DNA from: Chrysomallon squamiferum
Lineage: Eukaryota > Animalia > Mollusca
Assembly (NCBI GenBank): GCA_012295275.1
Contig: CM022674.1
Coordinates: 9,734,001 to 9,798,000 of the forward strand
Length of the DNA: 64,000 nt
Direction of reading: 5' to 3'
The notes below the pieces were generated by a model, which saw nothing but the letters and a program-made list of their open reading frames with translations, made no database searches and was not told where the DNA came from. This document shows, piece after piece, positions 25,761-39,754 of this stretch. The position numbers and the translations under genes are program-made. How positions within the stretch are numbered: position 1 is the stretch's first letter; each line of letters starts with the position of its first letter.

Positions 25761-28267
25761 TCATTTGGAGACTGATCTGAAATGAAACATATCTTCATAC
25801 CAGTGGTGTGGTTTTACCACACTCACACTTGACTCAGTCTTTGTTTTTGTGAATCCATCTTTAGACAGAAGCCAATAAGTTGTAACTCTTCCCTTACCCT
25901 AAATATTAGTAATATCAGTAGTTATAGCAATAATAATAATAATAATAACAATAATAATAATAATAAAATATAATAATCATGATGATGCTAATGATGAAAT
26001 GATAATAATAATATTAAGTTTATGAAAATAATATCAGTGATGATGTAATGATGATGATAATGTTCGTAATAATAACAATAATATTCATAGTAATAATGGT
26101 TGAAAATGGTCCTGATCAAAAATACTTTTTCTAATAAGTCTGTAAATAACATTTGAAAAATATCAAAAGATGTGTTTGTTTTATAAGATATTTCTTTTTA
26201 AACAGATTACCTTAATTTCTATTTTTCCACGTTTTTCCATTTTGTAACCACCTAGTTTCTTTAGAATTGCTGCTGTGCTTTCAGACATCTGAATTTTTAG
26301 AGCTTTAAAATAAAACATTTAAGTGACTCACCAAAAAACGTTTAAAGTAAAATTTCTCTTTTGTACACTGGATTAAAAGATAATGTTAACTTTACAGCAT
26401 GATAATCAATTAAGTAATAAAACTAATATTGTTAATTATAAATTTATACTGAGTGAAGATTTTAATTCTTTGTTGGAATATATATATATATATACTAAAT
26501 AATTATTTCACACCAAAAATGTATTTTAATTAGTTACCCATAAAAAAGAAAGCACACACACACGTTTGTTTTATTTGTTACACAGATAATTAATACAACT
26601 TGCATGCGTGTGTGTGTGAGTGGTATGAGTAGGTGTAGTAACATACGTAGTGAATGACTCTCCATGTACGAAGCTGTGTTGACAGTGTCACCAAACAGAC
26701 AGTACTTGGGCATTTTCTGTCCCACAACACCAGCCACCACAGGACCTGTAACACAGATCATCTTTAATATATCCATTGTATTTTATCAAAGTCTGCACAC
26801 ACACACACACACACACACACACTGTAGCCTTTACACATATATAATTAACTGTGATTATAACTTTACTGACTACTGTGTAGCTGAAATGTTATTCTAAAAG
26901 GCAGGTGTCAAGGAAGTTTTAATTTTAGTTCTGGTTCTTATTCTTAAAATAGAGATTTTATATTCTAGTGTCTGGAAAGGTGATAAATATGAACAAAATT
27001 TAAATACACATTCTAATGACATATATATATATATATATAATTACATTAATAATAATACATACAAAAAGAGAGAAATGAATACATATATGTATTTTTTTTG
27101 TTTTACCAGAATGCATTCCAACTCTAAGTTCTAACATATGTGTAGGTAGGTGTTTTATTCTAAAATCGGTGACGGAAGAAAGTAAATCTAAAGCCATTGA
27201 TGCTATGACTCCAGCATGCAGGTTTTCATTAGGTAGAGGCAGACCACTTACTACCATGTCTGAAACAACGGAGTTAGGTAAACTGAGAAGATGAGTGATC
27301 CAGTACTGATATATACATACATACGTGTGTGTGTGAACCTCTAGAGACTGTGATAAAAACATAATTTACAGCTCTGATGTAATTATTATAAACAGAATAT
27401 TACAAACAGTTGTGACGTTTCCATATTCATTTACACGTCTAAAAAATGTTACTTGTATGTATTTAACACATCATGCTTATTATTTTATTTTATTTTATTT
27501 ATTTTCGTTGTAAATGATTGGTTGAAAAGAGAGAAAGACAGACAGTGAAATAAATATGTTTGTAAAAGTTTCTGATCAAAGCAACACATCCCCAACTCAA
27601 ATTAAAAGGGGAAAAAAGAAATTTTATAAAATCTAAATTTTAAAATCAAACTGAAAAAAAGAAAGAAGAAACAGTGAGAATACTTACATGCATCTCCTAT
27701 TGTTTCAACTTTATATGCATCATAATTGTCAAGAATTGTGTCAAACATAGAGTACAAATGATTTAACATGTCTATCACTTGTAGTGGTGTGCTGACTTTA
27801 GCGATGGCAGTAAAACCAACAATATCACTACAAAACACAGGCAGAGCTTATTCATTTCACATACTTTTACCTTTATTGGAAAATCCAAACATAACTGAAC
27901 TCAAATACATATTTTGAAGCAGTGTTCCCAGGTTTTCAATTACTCCAAACTACTGCATCAGGACTATTTTAATTTAAAATAGTTTGAACTAAAATCCAGT
28001 CATAAATGATGTAAAATTATGACATCTTACTTGTCATTGCACTCATGTCAAAACTTATTAACTGTTAAAGCTATGTAGACTTTACCTGAAGAAGACAGTA
28101 ACACAGTTAAAACTCTCAGGATGAACTTTACGTCCTTGTTTTAGATCTTCTGCAACTTGTTTAGGCAGCAGTCTGCTAATCAGCATTTCAGTTTTCTGTT
28201 TCTCACTAATCAGGTCTCGTGTTTTTTCTTCAACAACAGCTTCCAACTCTATGGAATACTTTTGAAG
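25761..28267 (-). other. Exons encoding the signalling helix and guanylyl cyclase catalytic domain of the receptor GC
   Basis: [45 protein letters not shown]...VTVFFSDIVGFT...[17 protein letters not shown]...[36 protein letters not shown]...[17 protein letters not shown]. Confidence 0.95.
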
Positions 28268-31200
28268 CTGAAAATAATGAATAAAGCACCAACTGAATTC
28301 TCAGAAAAGTTAATTCTCAAAGATGTACCGTTGATGATAGAAATAGATAATCTAAATATATTTAGTACAGGATTTTTTCCAAGTTATTTGCTTATTAGTA
28401 CAAACATTTGCCAATAATAATGAATGTGAAGATAAAAAAAGTCAGGAGAATGTAGGTAATAAGATGTTAATACATCTTTTTTATACATGAAAAAGGGAAC
28501 AAATATCTGATAATTTTTTTAGTAACCAAATCTATGAATGATGTTTTTTATTTTTTGGTTTGATAATTTTTAGTAACATAATGAGCATGGGGAAAATTTT
28601 TGTTAGTTCTTGCCATTAAAATAAAATTATTAACATGATTATTGATTTGAGTGTGTATATAATGTAATGACAATTATTTATCAAAAGAACTATCTAACTG
28701 TCTTCAACTTCTTTTTTTGAAGCATTAATTTCTCTAAATCTGAATTCATTTGTATGAAAAGAAGATTAAGTACTTTCAAATAAAATTTATTTAAAATCAT
28801 TCCAGTGTTTAATACCAACATAACTGAAATTTGTGATTAGCTGCACTGGGAATAAAACTAAGTGACGTACCATGTTGATAAGTTCATCAATGAGGTCTCC
28901 CTTGACAGGGATTATTTTATTCAAACTGTTCAACAAAATTTTGAATTGTGGTCGAGTCTCTGGATCTTCATGCCAAGCTTCTGTCAACACCTACAGTAAA
29001 TCACAAGAAAACTGTCCTCTCTCACCAGCTACTCATTATTTTACTGTGTAAAATGTATCAGATACAAAAGAACACTTTTCTTGAGGACTGAATTGGCAAT
29101 GATGCTGAATATGTTTACCAAAGTAATTACATTACTAGAATAATTATTTACAAGTGAAAAATACCATCATTCATAAATACTGAAATCTGCTTTTTTGTTT
29201 GATGTTTTTTACACAACATTAGGATTTATAAACAGGTATCAAGTTATTTTTGACTTTCATTGTTTTGACTGATGTGTAATGTTCCAGTAAAATATTCATT
29301 ATCAGAAAAGCAATTTGACATGTTTTGTTATTATCTTTAACACTGTTATGCTGTTATGCATCATTTTAATGTGGGGATCATTTTAATAAGTTTAAGGTAC
29401 ATATTAATAGGTTTTTAACTTTACACATGCAGAATAATAATAGTAAAGTTATTTTTATATTATTAATAGTTTATTCGAAATAATAAGTGTAAAAATTAGT
29501 TTTTAAAGATATCAGTAATAAAGCAACAACAAAAAGAGATACCTTCATAATTTCAGATTGCATATTCTGGTTTCCTGGTAAAAAGGAAGTGTCAATATAA
29601 GGTCGGAAAGGATTGATAGATTTACCTGACAGAGTATCTAATGCCTGAAAAATAAATAACGTTTAAATTAGCAATGGCACAAGAAACAGGGTTTTATTTC
29701 TTTCTTGTACTAACAGCTTTGATGATAAATAAAAAAACATCTTTTTATGCAGTTTTGACCAGTTCTGCTTCTTTTTTTGAAAATGCAAAAGTGATAATTT
29801 GCCAAATAAAAAATAAAAAAAAGTGTTGAAAAGTCTAGGTGCATCTATACATCAACATCATTTCTCAACAGATTTAAACAAATTTATAGGTTAAACTTCT
29901 TTGTAATGATGGTAATTTAATTAAATGATATTTATAATAGAGACCTTCAATGCTTTGTCAGTTTTAGGAGAAGATTTGAATCTCAGCAGACGTAAAATAT
30001 CAGCTGGTTGTATTGCAGAAAGTTCATGGGTGAATGGCTCTTCCCGTGTAATCACTTCAGTAAATATTATTGCAAATCTGAAATCACCAGGTTTCATTTT
30101 TGTTAATTTCAAAACTGGATTAAAAAGACTGTAAAAGATAATTAAATATATTTTAACTTTGTCTTAATTTTCAACTTAGCTGAAAAAATTACTGATCATT
30201 GGTGTGCTGAATAAAATTGTTTTAAAAACAGATAGACTTATGGTGAACTCACGAATAAACATCTCCTGCTTTGGTTCCAGTGCGAACCTCAGAAAGACAT
30301 TTAACAGTTCTTAGCAGTTCTGGAGCTGTCCAAAACAATGAGCTTCAATCAAAATGAAAATATCTGTTACATATTCAATTAATATGAAATAAACACAAAG
30401 TTAAAATTGCCTGTATATAATTCTTTTTTTTGGGCTGGGGTGAACGTACAGCTGTTTTTGTTTTTCAAAAGTACAAAGAAAATTATAAATGGATAATCAA
30501 CATGCCATAACACCATTTTTCACCTCCTTAAAAACTTCTGATGTAGAATTTTTGAGCCAATACTGTGTTATAGTTCTTGTTGCCAAAATAATTTATTATT
30601 AGCTTGTAAAGTTAAAATTCAACACGACTTACTTCAGAGTTTCATCTTCAGCAGAATATGATGGCAGTTTTCGTACATCAAATCTCATAGTTGGACATCC
30701 ATAGTCTGAAATAATTAAATATATTAACCTTTAACATAATAACAATTACAATACTAACAGATGTTATTAAAACTGATCATTAAAAATGAATATTGTGATA
30801 TACAAACAAATTTGAAATAACAAACAAACAGATGAAAGTTCTTTTTCCTACATATTTGAAGATAAGAAACAGAACCTGATATTTTGCAAGTCCAGGAATT
30901 GTCAACAAGACAATGTTTAGACCTGAGATGTCCATGAGACTGAATGTCAGATTCATGAAGGTAAGCCATCCCTCTACAAATATCCTTGGTAAGTGAGAAG
31001 CGAAAATCCCAGCCAAGAGGAAAAGTGTCATTGTGTAGAATGTCCTCCAGACTCCCCTAGGCAACGAAATGTAGAAATAATTTCACAATATCTGTGGAAA
31101 ATTGTATTTAACTGTACATTGATGTGGTTCTTTTTCACCTGTGAATAATAATGTTTTAAAACTGTAATTAAGTACAATTGGATATGTTTGCTATGCATGT

Positions 31201-34200
31201 TAATAAATTTGTACATTAATGTGGATGAAAGTATATGTAATTTCTGTTAAGTGGATAATAAGTTCTGTGATTTCAACTCTTTGTGTAAGTTCATTCTAGC
31301 TTTTTATATTAAATTTTGGTGCAATATGATGCAAATATACACTAGTAAATATTGTAATGACATAAGTAAATAAAAAATAAATGTCACCTTAGGACAGTAC
31401 TCATATAGCAGACAAACATTGGGTTCATGCAGACAGGCTCCAATGAAAGTTGCAATGTTGTTATGTCTCAGTTCTAACATCAGATTAATTTCCTTTTTTA
31501 TAGCTGGATTCTCTGGATCTAAAGAATGCACTGGAATATTCTGTAAACAAAGATTCATAATAGACTTTCAAAAACACATAGAACACAAAATCTATAAAAA
31601 CAATTAACTTTTACAATCAAATAAATATTACAGTTAAAAATAAGTTTTGAAATTAAAAATACATTTTAAAATTGAAATTAAAATACAATAATAATCACGT
31701 TACATCAAGATTAGCTTAAACTATATTCAACCATCACTGAATTTGTTCATGATGAGAACTCTAAACTAAAAATAAGATTAATTTATTTGATTATAAATAC
31801 AAAATATTTTGAAAAAAAGAAGAAGTAATAAATCTGTCTTTAATACAATATAACTTGAAGATTACTTTAAATGAAACTGTTGAGATCAGTAAAATTTTCT
31901 CAGTTGTAATTTTTTATAAACAGAAATAATAAAACCACCTTTATATAGCATGCACGATCCTTCCAGAGCACATAGTTAGCTACACCTGAGAAGCTGCTCC
32001 TCACACTGGAAACATTACTAGCTGTTCGCAGACACATGTCAATCTCCTCCCACTTGACAAGCCAGTCCAGACTTTTCAGGGACATCCTAACAAAATACAT
32101 CATTATTACTTTGATCAGAGAATTTTTATGTTTTGGAACAATTTGACAGAATTCTCAGATCAGACTTCATAATATTCATCAGTTATCAGTATTAAAAACA
32201 ATTTAATGTTTGGAAAAACTGTTCAAACTTCGTAATACACATAGACAACAGGATAAAAACACTTTTACTGTTTGATAATTTAATGGAAAACTCAGTGATT
32301 TATTGATTTGTCATTTTCTTATTTATTTATTTTTTTTTAATTGTTGTTAGATCAAATGGTGTATCCAGGGTATAGCAGTTTTACTATGAAGAATCTAAGA
32401 AAGTGTGTGTTAAGAAAACATTACTTTTTGTTTATTAATTAGGAGATTATTTTTCAAGTAGTTTATCATGGATTAAACATAACGAATGTTATTTAAAACT
32501 AAACCTGTTATCTCCATTCTACAAGTGAATGATATTCATATGCAAGTCTCATTTAAGCAGAGATGGCAAATGAAAATCAGTTTCTTTACCAAAGTTTGCC
32601 AATCACAACTCAGTGTCATGGTAGAATAAAAAATCACATGCTTTTTTCACCTGATATTTGGACAATACACTGGATGTGCACATAAAGTTCCTATTTATTT
32701 ATGGATCGAACATTTGTTTAACAAAAAAAATTCTGTTTTCAGTGATATTTATTATATCTGTCACAATATAATTCAATATAATTCAGTATCTCAAAAATAA
32801 AAATGAAAAATAAAAGTTTGCAATGAGTGTAATAACAGGAGAGTTTTAATTGTTTACTTATATATTTTTACATTTTCAAAGTCAGTTTTGTACTGAAATA
32901 ACTCACTTTCTTCTCAGGTAGTTGTACATGATGTAAGAAGCTAAAATAATAAAACAGAAAACAGAAAGACAAATGGCAATAACTCCAGGTACTGAAACAC
33001 TGCAGTCAAAACCTGTCCACAACAAATTACACTGACAGTGACTTGGAGAAATACATCTCCCATGTACACATTGCCTGAAAAACAGATTAGAAATAAATAT
33101 AATCAGTTAGATCTCAGACAGAGATCAACATATCTTCTCTTATAACTGATTATTCTGAGATACAAGATTTTCTTTATTAATTTAACAATTAAAAAACCCT
33201 AAAAAAAAACAACTGTTTTTTCTAACAATTTACATTATTTATATAAATGTATGTATGTATATTTAGCAAATAAAATATTTATGGTTGGTCTTATATAAAT
33301 AATGCAAATTTTCTAAATTAATTCATACTGACAAAATATTTATTAAATGAAAGTTGTGTATTTATACAAATGCATGTAATCAAAAACAGTGTTAGGTCAG
33401 TTCAGGTTAAATAAACCGATCCCCAGAAAACAGTTTACAAAGTAAAATATTTTTATCATTAAATAGACTTATTTTGATTTAAGTACTACATATTCATCAG
33501 AAATTTTGTTTATATTACTTGCATATGGCTTCTTCACATGCTTCTCCACGCCAGCCTGTTTGACAAACACACATGTCTGGGACAAGACAATGTCCATTGC
33601 GACAGTTACAAGAAATGTGTTCACAGTTCGACCCGTAATAACCTTTTTTGCACCTAAAACAATTTAATCACTTTGTATTTTATGAAACTGAAGAAACAAA
33701 ATAATTCCAGAAGTATTATTTTTTCATTATATTTGATATCCATATATTTTGTGTGTGTGTGTGTGTGTGTGTGTGAATGTGTTTGTATGAGAGCATGTCA
33801 GAGAGAGAGAAAGACACAGAGAAATAATGAGAGAATAATAATAAAATGTTCAGTTATTTTTAACTTAAGATTTTATTTATGGACAGAAAAACCCAAATTT
33901 CAAATTTTATGAGATGAACAGCCATATTTACGTGCACATATTCATAGCTGAGCAATTCCCAAACTGATACAGAGTTAAGTCCTTTTCTGAAAGTTTTATT
34001 CCTCCACAGCCAAATTCACAATAGAAAGGAGCCACTGCAGGTTCATTCATGATAATTTCTATTATTTCAGAAAAATTAGGCATAGGTTTAATTTCTCCAG
34101 TATGAAATTCAATGTAGCCTGATGATGTGTGAAATCTAAAATATTTAACACAAATACTTTAATAATATACTGCCAATACACTACATTATAAATACTGTTT

Positions 34201-37200
34201 ATCAGAAATATATAAACAAAAATTCTTAAATTTATTGTGCACCTTACATCTCTCAATTTACAACTGTTTCTGTTTAATATATTTATCAATATTACTGACA
34301 GATGAACCATACCACTGCTGTTATCAGAAAATATTTATATATGTCTTATTATCATCTGAAGATTAGCATATATACAAAATCACAGTAAACAAATGAAAAC
34401 AATAAATAAATGATTGAATAATGTGTGTGTGTGTCTGTCTATCTAGAGACTTAATATAAAAGGATATAACCTTAAAACAAAATTCATGGATTATCAAAAT
34501 GTCATTCATCAACAATATCTCTTACTTGGGCAAATTTTAACATAAATTACCAGCTTTCATTAATTTTAATATTACTAAAGTAATTTTCAGTTTCTATACA
34601 TTTTATTTACAAGTTATGTATCATTTACATTAAAAAGAATTTACACTTAGATGAATTGTATTTTCATTGCATATAAATAAAAAAATATAAAAGTGGACTT
34701 TAAAAATTTCAAGAAACTATTTAGGCCATGTGGTATTAAAAATATACAATACTTATTCACACTTACTTTCGTTCATTGATAAAACGCGTCCTTGGGTAAA
34801 CTATGGGGGAAGTTGTGTAACTGAACGGTGGTTTATTAAGTGGATAAAAAGCCTGTATTAGTAACTCCACCTGCTCTGTTGTATTCAAAGCAATAATAAG
34901 TCTTGCATGGATTTTAGCCTGCAAACAATAAAAGATTTGTTATAGTATGAAATACAGTTCAAAGTATGATACAGTTTTGGTCTACTTCTAGTTACATTAC
35001 TTTTTATTAAATGAATATATGCTGACTCAGCTGAGGATTGCTTTTGTGACTAGTGAAGTAGCTACACGTCTTATTTATGTTGTCATATTTTCAGTTATTG
35101 TGTTTGTTGATGATTCCTACAGCAACTAAATGTAGGTTAAAAAATTTGCAGCATTTCTGAATTTTGTCTAGAAAAATAATGAATCACTTAATGTGCTTTC
35201 TAAACTTTACATTAGTACGATTACGAATCATTATATTTTCATATAGTTACTACTATTATAGCTATTCTGATAAATTTACTATGGTTACAGCTATTTCTCA
35301 TATACTTACTTCTGCTGATGTCTTTATTATTTGTTATTTATATTTATTATTTATAATATTTATATTACTGACATATTTACTACTGCTGCTACTGTTATAT
35401 TTACTTTTACTGATATATCTTACTTCTGCTGCTGTTATACTTACTTTTACTGATATATCTTACTTCTGCTGCTGTTATACTTACTTTTACTGATATATCT
35501 TACTTCTGCTGCTGTTATACTTACTTTTACTGATATATCTTACTTCTGCTGCTGTTATACTTACTTTTACTGATATATTCACTACTGCTGCTACTGTTAT
35601 ACTTACTTTTACTGATATATTCTTACTGCTGCTACTGTTATACTTACTTTTACTGATATATTCACTACTGCTGCTACTGTTATACTTACTTTTACTGATA
35701 TATTCACTACTGCTGCTACTGTTATACTTACTATTATCAATAATTTACTACTGCTGCTACTATTATATACTTACTATTATCAATAATTTACTACTGCTGC
35801 TACTGTTATACATATTATTACTGACATATTTACTACTTCTGCTGCTGTTATACTTACTTTTACTGATATATCTTACTTCTGCTGCTGTTATACTTACTTT
35901 TACTGATATATCACTACTTCTGCTGCTGTTATACTTACTTTTATGATATAATTTACTACTGCTGCTACTGTTATACATATTTTTACTGATATATTCACTA
36001 CTGCTGCTACTGTTATACTTACTATTATCAATATATTTACTACTGCTGCTGCTGTTATACTTATTTTTACTGATATATTTACTACTTCTGCTGCTGTTAT
36101 AATTTACTTTTACTGATATATTCACTACTGCTGCTACTGTTATACTTACTATTATCAATAATTTACTACTGCTGCTACTGTTATACATATTATTACTGAC
36201 ATATTTACTACTTCTGCTGCTGTTATACTTACTTTTACTGATATATCTTACTTCTGCTGCTGTTATACTTACTTTTACTGATATATCTTACTTCTGCTGC
36301 TGTTATACTTACTTTTACTGATATATTCACTACTGCTGCTACTGTTATACTTACTATTATCAATAATTTACTACTGCTGCTACTGTTATACATATTATTA
36401 CTGACATATTTACTACTTCTGCTGCTGTTATACTTACTTTTACTGATATATCTTACTTCTGCTGCTGTTATACTTACTTTTACTGATATATCTTACTTCT
36501 GCTGCTGTTATACTTACTTTTACTGATATATTCACTACTGCTGCTACTGTTATACTTACTATTATCAATAATTTACTACTGCTGCTACTGTTATACATAT
36601 TATTACTGACATATTTACTACTTCTGCTGCTGTTATACTTACTTTTATTGATATATACTACTGCTGCTACTGTTATACTTACTTTTATTGATATATCTTA
36701 CTTCTGCTGCTGTTATACTTACTTTTACTGATATATTCACTACTGCTGCTACTGTTATACTTACTATTATCAATAATTTACTACTGCTGCTACTGTTATA
36801 TACTTACTATTATCAATAATTTACTACTGCTGTTATACTTACTATTATTGATAATTTACTACTGCTGCTACTGTTATATACTTACTATTATCAATAATTT
36901 ACTACTGCTGTTATACTTACTATTATTGATAATTTACTACTGCTGCTACTATTATATACTTACTATTATTGATAATTTTACTGCTGCTGTTATACTTACT
37001 ATTATTGATAATTTACTACTGCTGTTATACTTACTATTATTGATAATTTACTACTGCTGCTACTGTTACACTTACTATTATTGATAATTTACTACTGCTG
37101 CTACTGTTATACTTACTATTATTGATAATTTACTACTGCTGTTATACTTACTATTATTGATAATTTACTACTGCTGCTACTGTTACACTTACTATTATTG

Positions 37201-39701
37201 ATAATTTACTACTGCTGCTACTGTTATACTTACCACTATTGATAATTTACTACTTCTGCTACTGCTATACATACTACTGCTAATATTTATTACTACTGCT
37301 GCTCCTTTTATACTTACTATTACTGTCGCATTGACTGTATGTGGATTTAAATTTATTAGGAAAGCTCTGTATCCCTTTCTATTTCCATTTTTATCAAATT
37401 TTATCATCCCTGTAAGACCTGATAACTCAACCTGCAGAGCACAAATATTTCTTTTTTCAAAAGAGGAAAAAAATAAAAGCAATAATAATAATAAATACAA
37501 TAATATTAACTCTAATAACAGGCTATCTTTAAGATCATTCAAGAAATTGAAAAGAAATAGAAAAAAAAAAAAATAAATAAGAAGAAAAGAGAAAATAATA
37601 AAGAATTAGAAATAAACACACAAAAAAATATCTATAATATCTAAATATAAAACTACTTTTATTATATTGCAGTGTATGGCATGTATAATTAAATAAGTAC
37701 CTTTCGAATCTCTGTTGCTAGTTTTGGTCCAGTAATTGTTAAATTTTTTTTTATGATTGATGTCATAGCTTTAGCAAAAGTTATTGTAGCATCGTATGCC
37801 AAACCATAAATTTCTCCTGACTTCAAAAGAAATTTCATAATTATATACACACATACACATCTCTCACATGTATATAAATCCAAAACTGTCACCAGCATAT
37901 AAATAAATTAATTACAATATATAAATGTTAGTCACAACTGTAATGCTTTGAAGAAATACTGTTATAATTTTATTTCAAATATATGTTTCACTAGTGTTAT
38001 AATAATAATTATTGTTATTACTAATGAAATATCACACACATAAATAATAATTATCTAACATTCATATGTATAAACTGTCGAGATGTAATTTAATGTCTCT
38101 TGTTGCAATGTTAAAGATTAAATTAGTATTTGCCTACAGAAGTATTAGTAATTAAAAACAAATTCATAAAAGTGAGCCTTGTTGCTATTTTATATTTGAT
38201 ATGTATAATTATTTTTATAATATTAATGGTAATAATAATAATAATGTTCCATATAATATTGTTTTCTATTATTAATTTTTAATTTATTATATTATTATTT
38301 GTTATAACATTGACATGATAATGGTAAAAATAGTGGAATCATGAGTGTATAAGAAATGATAATGTTTCATTCAGTTAAGAAATCAACCTTTTTCTGTTGA
38401 ATGGTACCTTTCCAAGAATATAATCAGGTTGTGATAAAAGCTCTTTTCCAAAAGTAAACGATAAAGAAGAATAAAAGACTTTTCGCCATAATGGACTGTT
38501 ATACCCAGACACGTCATAGGTTGATGAATAAGCATGCAGTCCCTTAAAGGCTGTCGTGCACTTAGGTTCCTGACAAAACAAACTATAAATAAATATTAAG
38601 ATATTTAATCAAAAATCAAATTATGACTGAATGAAATTTAACAATTGATAATGTTAGTGGTTAGCTACATTTCTTGATGCTGATTTTAGAAAGGAAACAT
38701 TTCAGGTTTTCACTTAGCAGCAATGGATCTTTAAAACACACTTGAGAAAAGAGAATCAGAAAACAGCATCTAGTAAACCATTATGAGGTACTGACAGGAA
38801 CTGCAGACACTGCATTCAGAAGAATTAGTCTATGCCTCACAAATTCAGATGAGTGCTCTAACACTGAGCTCACTTCTTACAAACTAGAAATATATATTAG
38901 AATTATTTAGAGGTTTTTTTGAGAAAGAAGAGCAGAGCTTACTTTCTTACAATCTTCATATTCATCATTCCAAGGGAAGTCTTCAGAAAACTGCTCTATT
39001 GTAACCCACTGATAACCATGTAAACAAGCTATTTCATTTCTGAAATTTAAATTTAAATTATTTGTTTAATAATAAGAAGAATAGTAACAACAACAACAAC
39101 AATAATAATTGTAATCATAATAACAAATGATAAATGTTTCCATTCAGAATATCATTAATTTATTATTGTTCACAAAGACTGAAAATGATAAAATATTATT
39201 TAAAGTGAGGAACGACCTTCTTCTCCTAACAATGCTTATAAACAATTACAATTTTGACTGCACTTGTTTATGTAATTTGTTCTTCTCCACAATTGGAAAA
39301 ATCAATGAATGGAACACTGTCAGGCACAAAGTTGGAAGATAAAATTGTTAGTTTTTCACTGAGAGAGGATTTTTATACTTGTATGTTTTATATGCAATTT
39401 CAAAACGTAGCCACTGATTTGGGCAAAGGGAGCCTAACTGATGGGAAAATAATAATAATAATATAATAAGAAAGAATATAAAAGTATAAAATGCCTATAC
39501 CTAATTGCAGCTCGAAGAACTTTGACATTTAAAGGTTTTAATACAAAAAAGAATATTATCCTTATTTGAAAAGATTTTATCTTTAGCATATATGAATCCA
39601 GTTCATCTTCACTGCTGTCTCTAGAAACAGACACCTAAAAAAATGTAAAAATATCCCAGCAAAAACAGCTCACAAACAACAGCAAAATCAGCATAACATA
39701 T

Positions 39702-39754
<53 letters not shown>

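Noticed and set aside
38951-38960. Apparent frameshift in the receptor GC between the exons near 38951 and 38582 (pseudogene signal)
   Set aside because: It is resolved by using the donor AAA|GTAAGC (exon end 38943) and the acceptor TTGTCAG (exon start 38569), giving ...[15 protein letters not shown] in frame.
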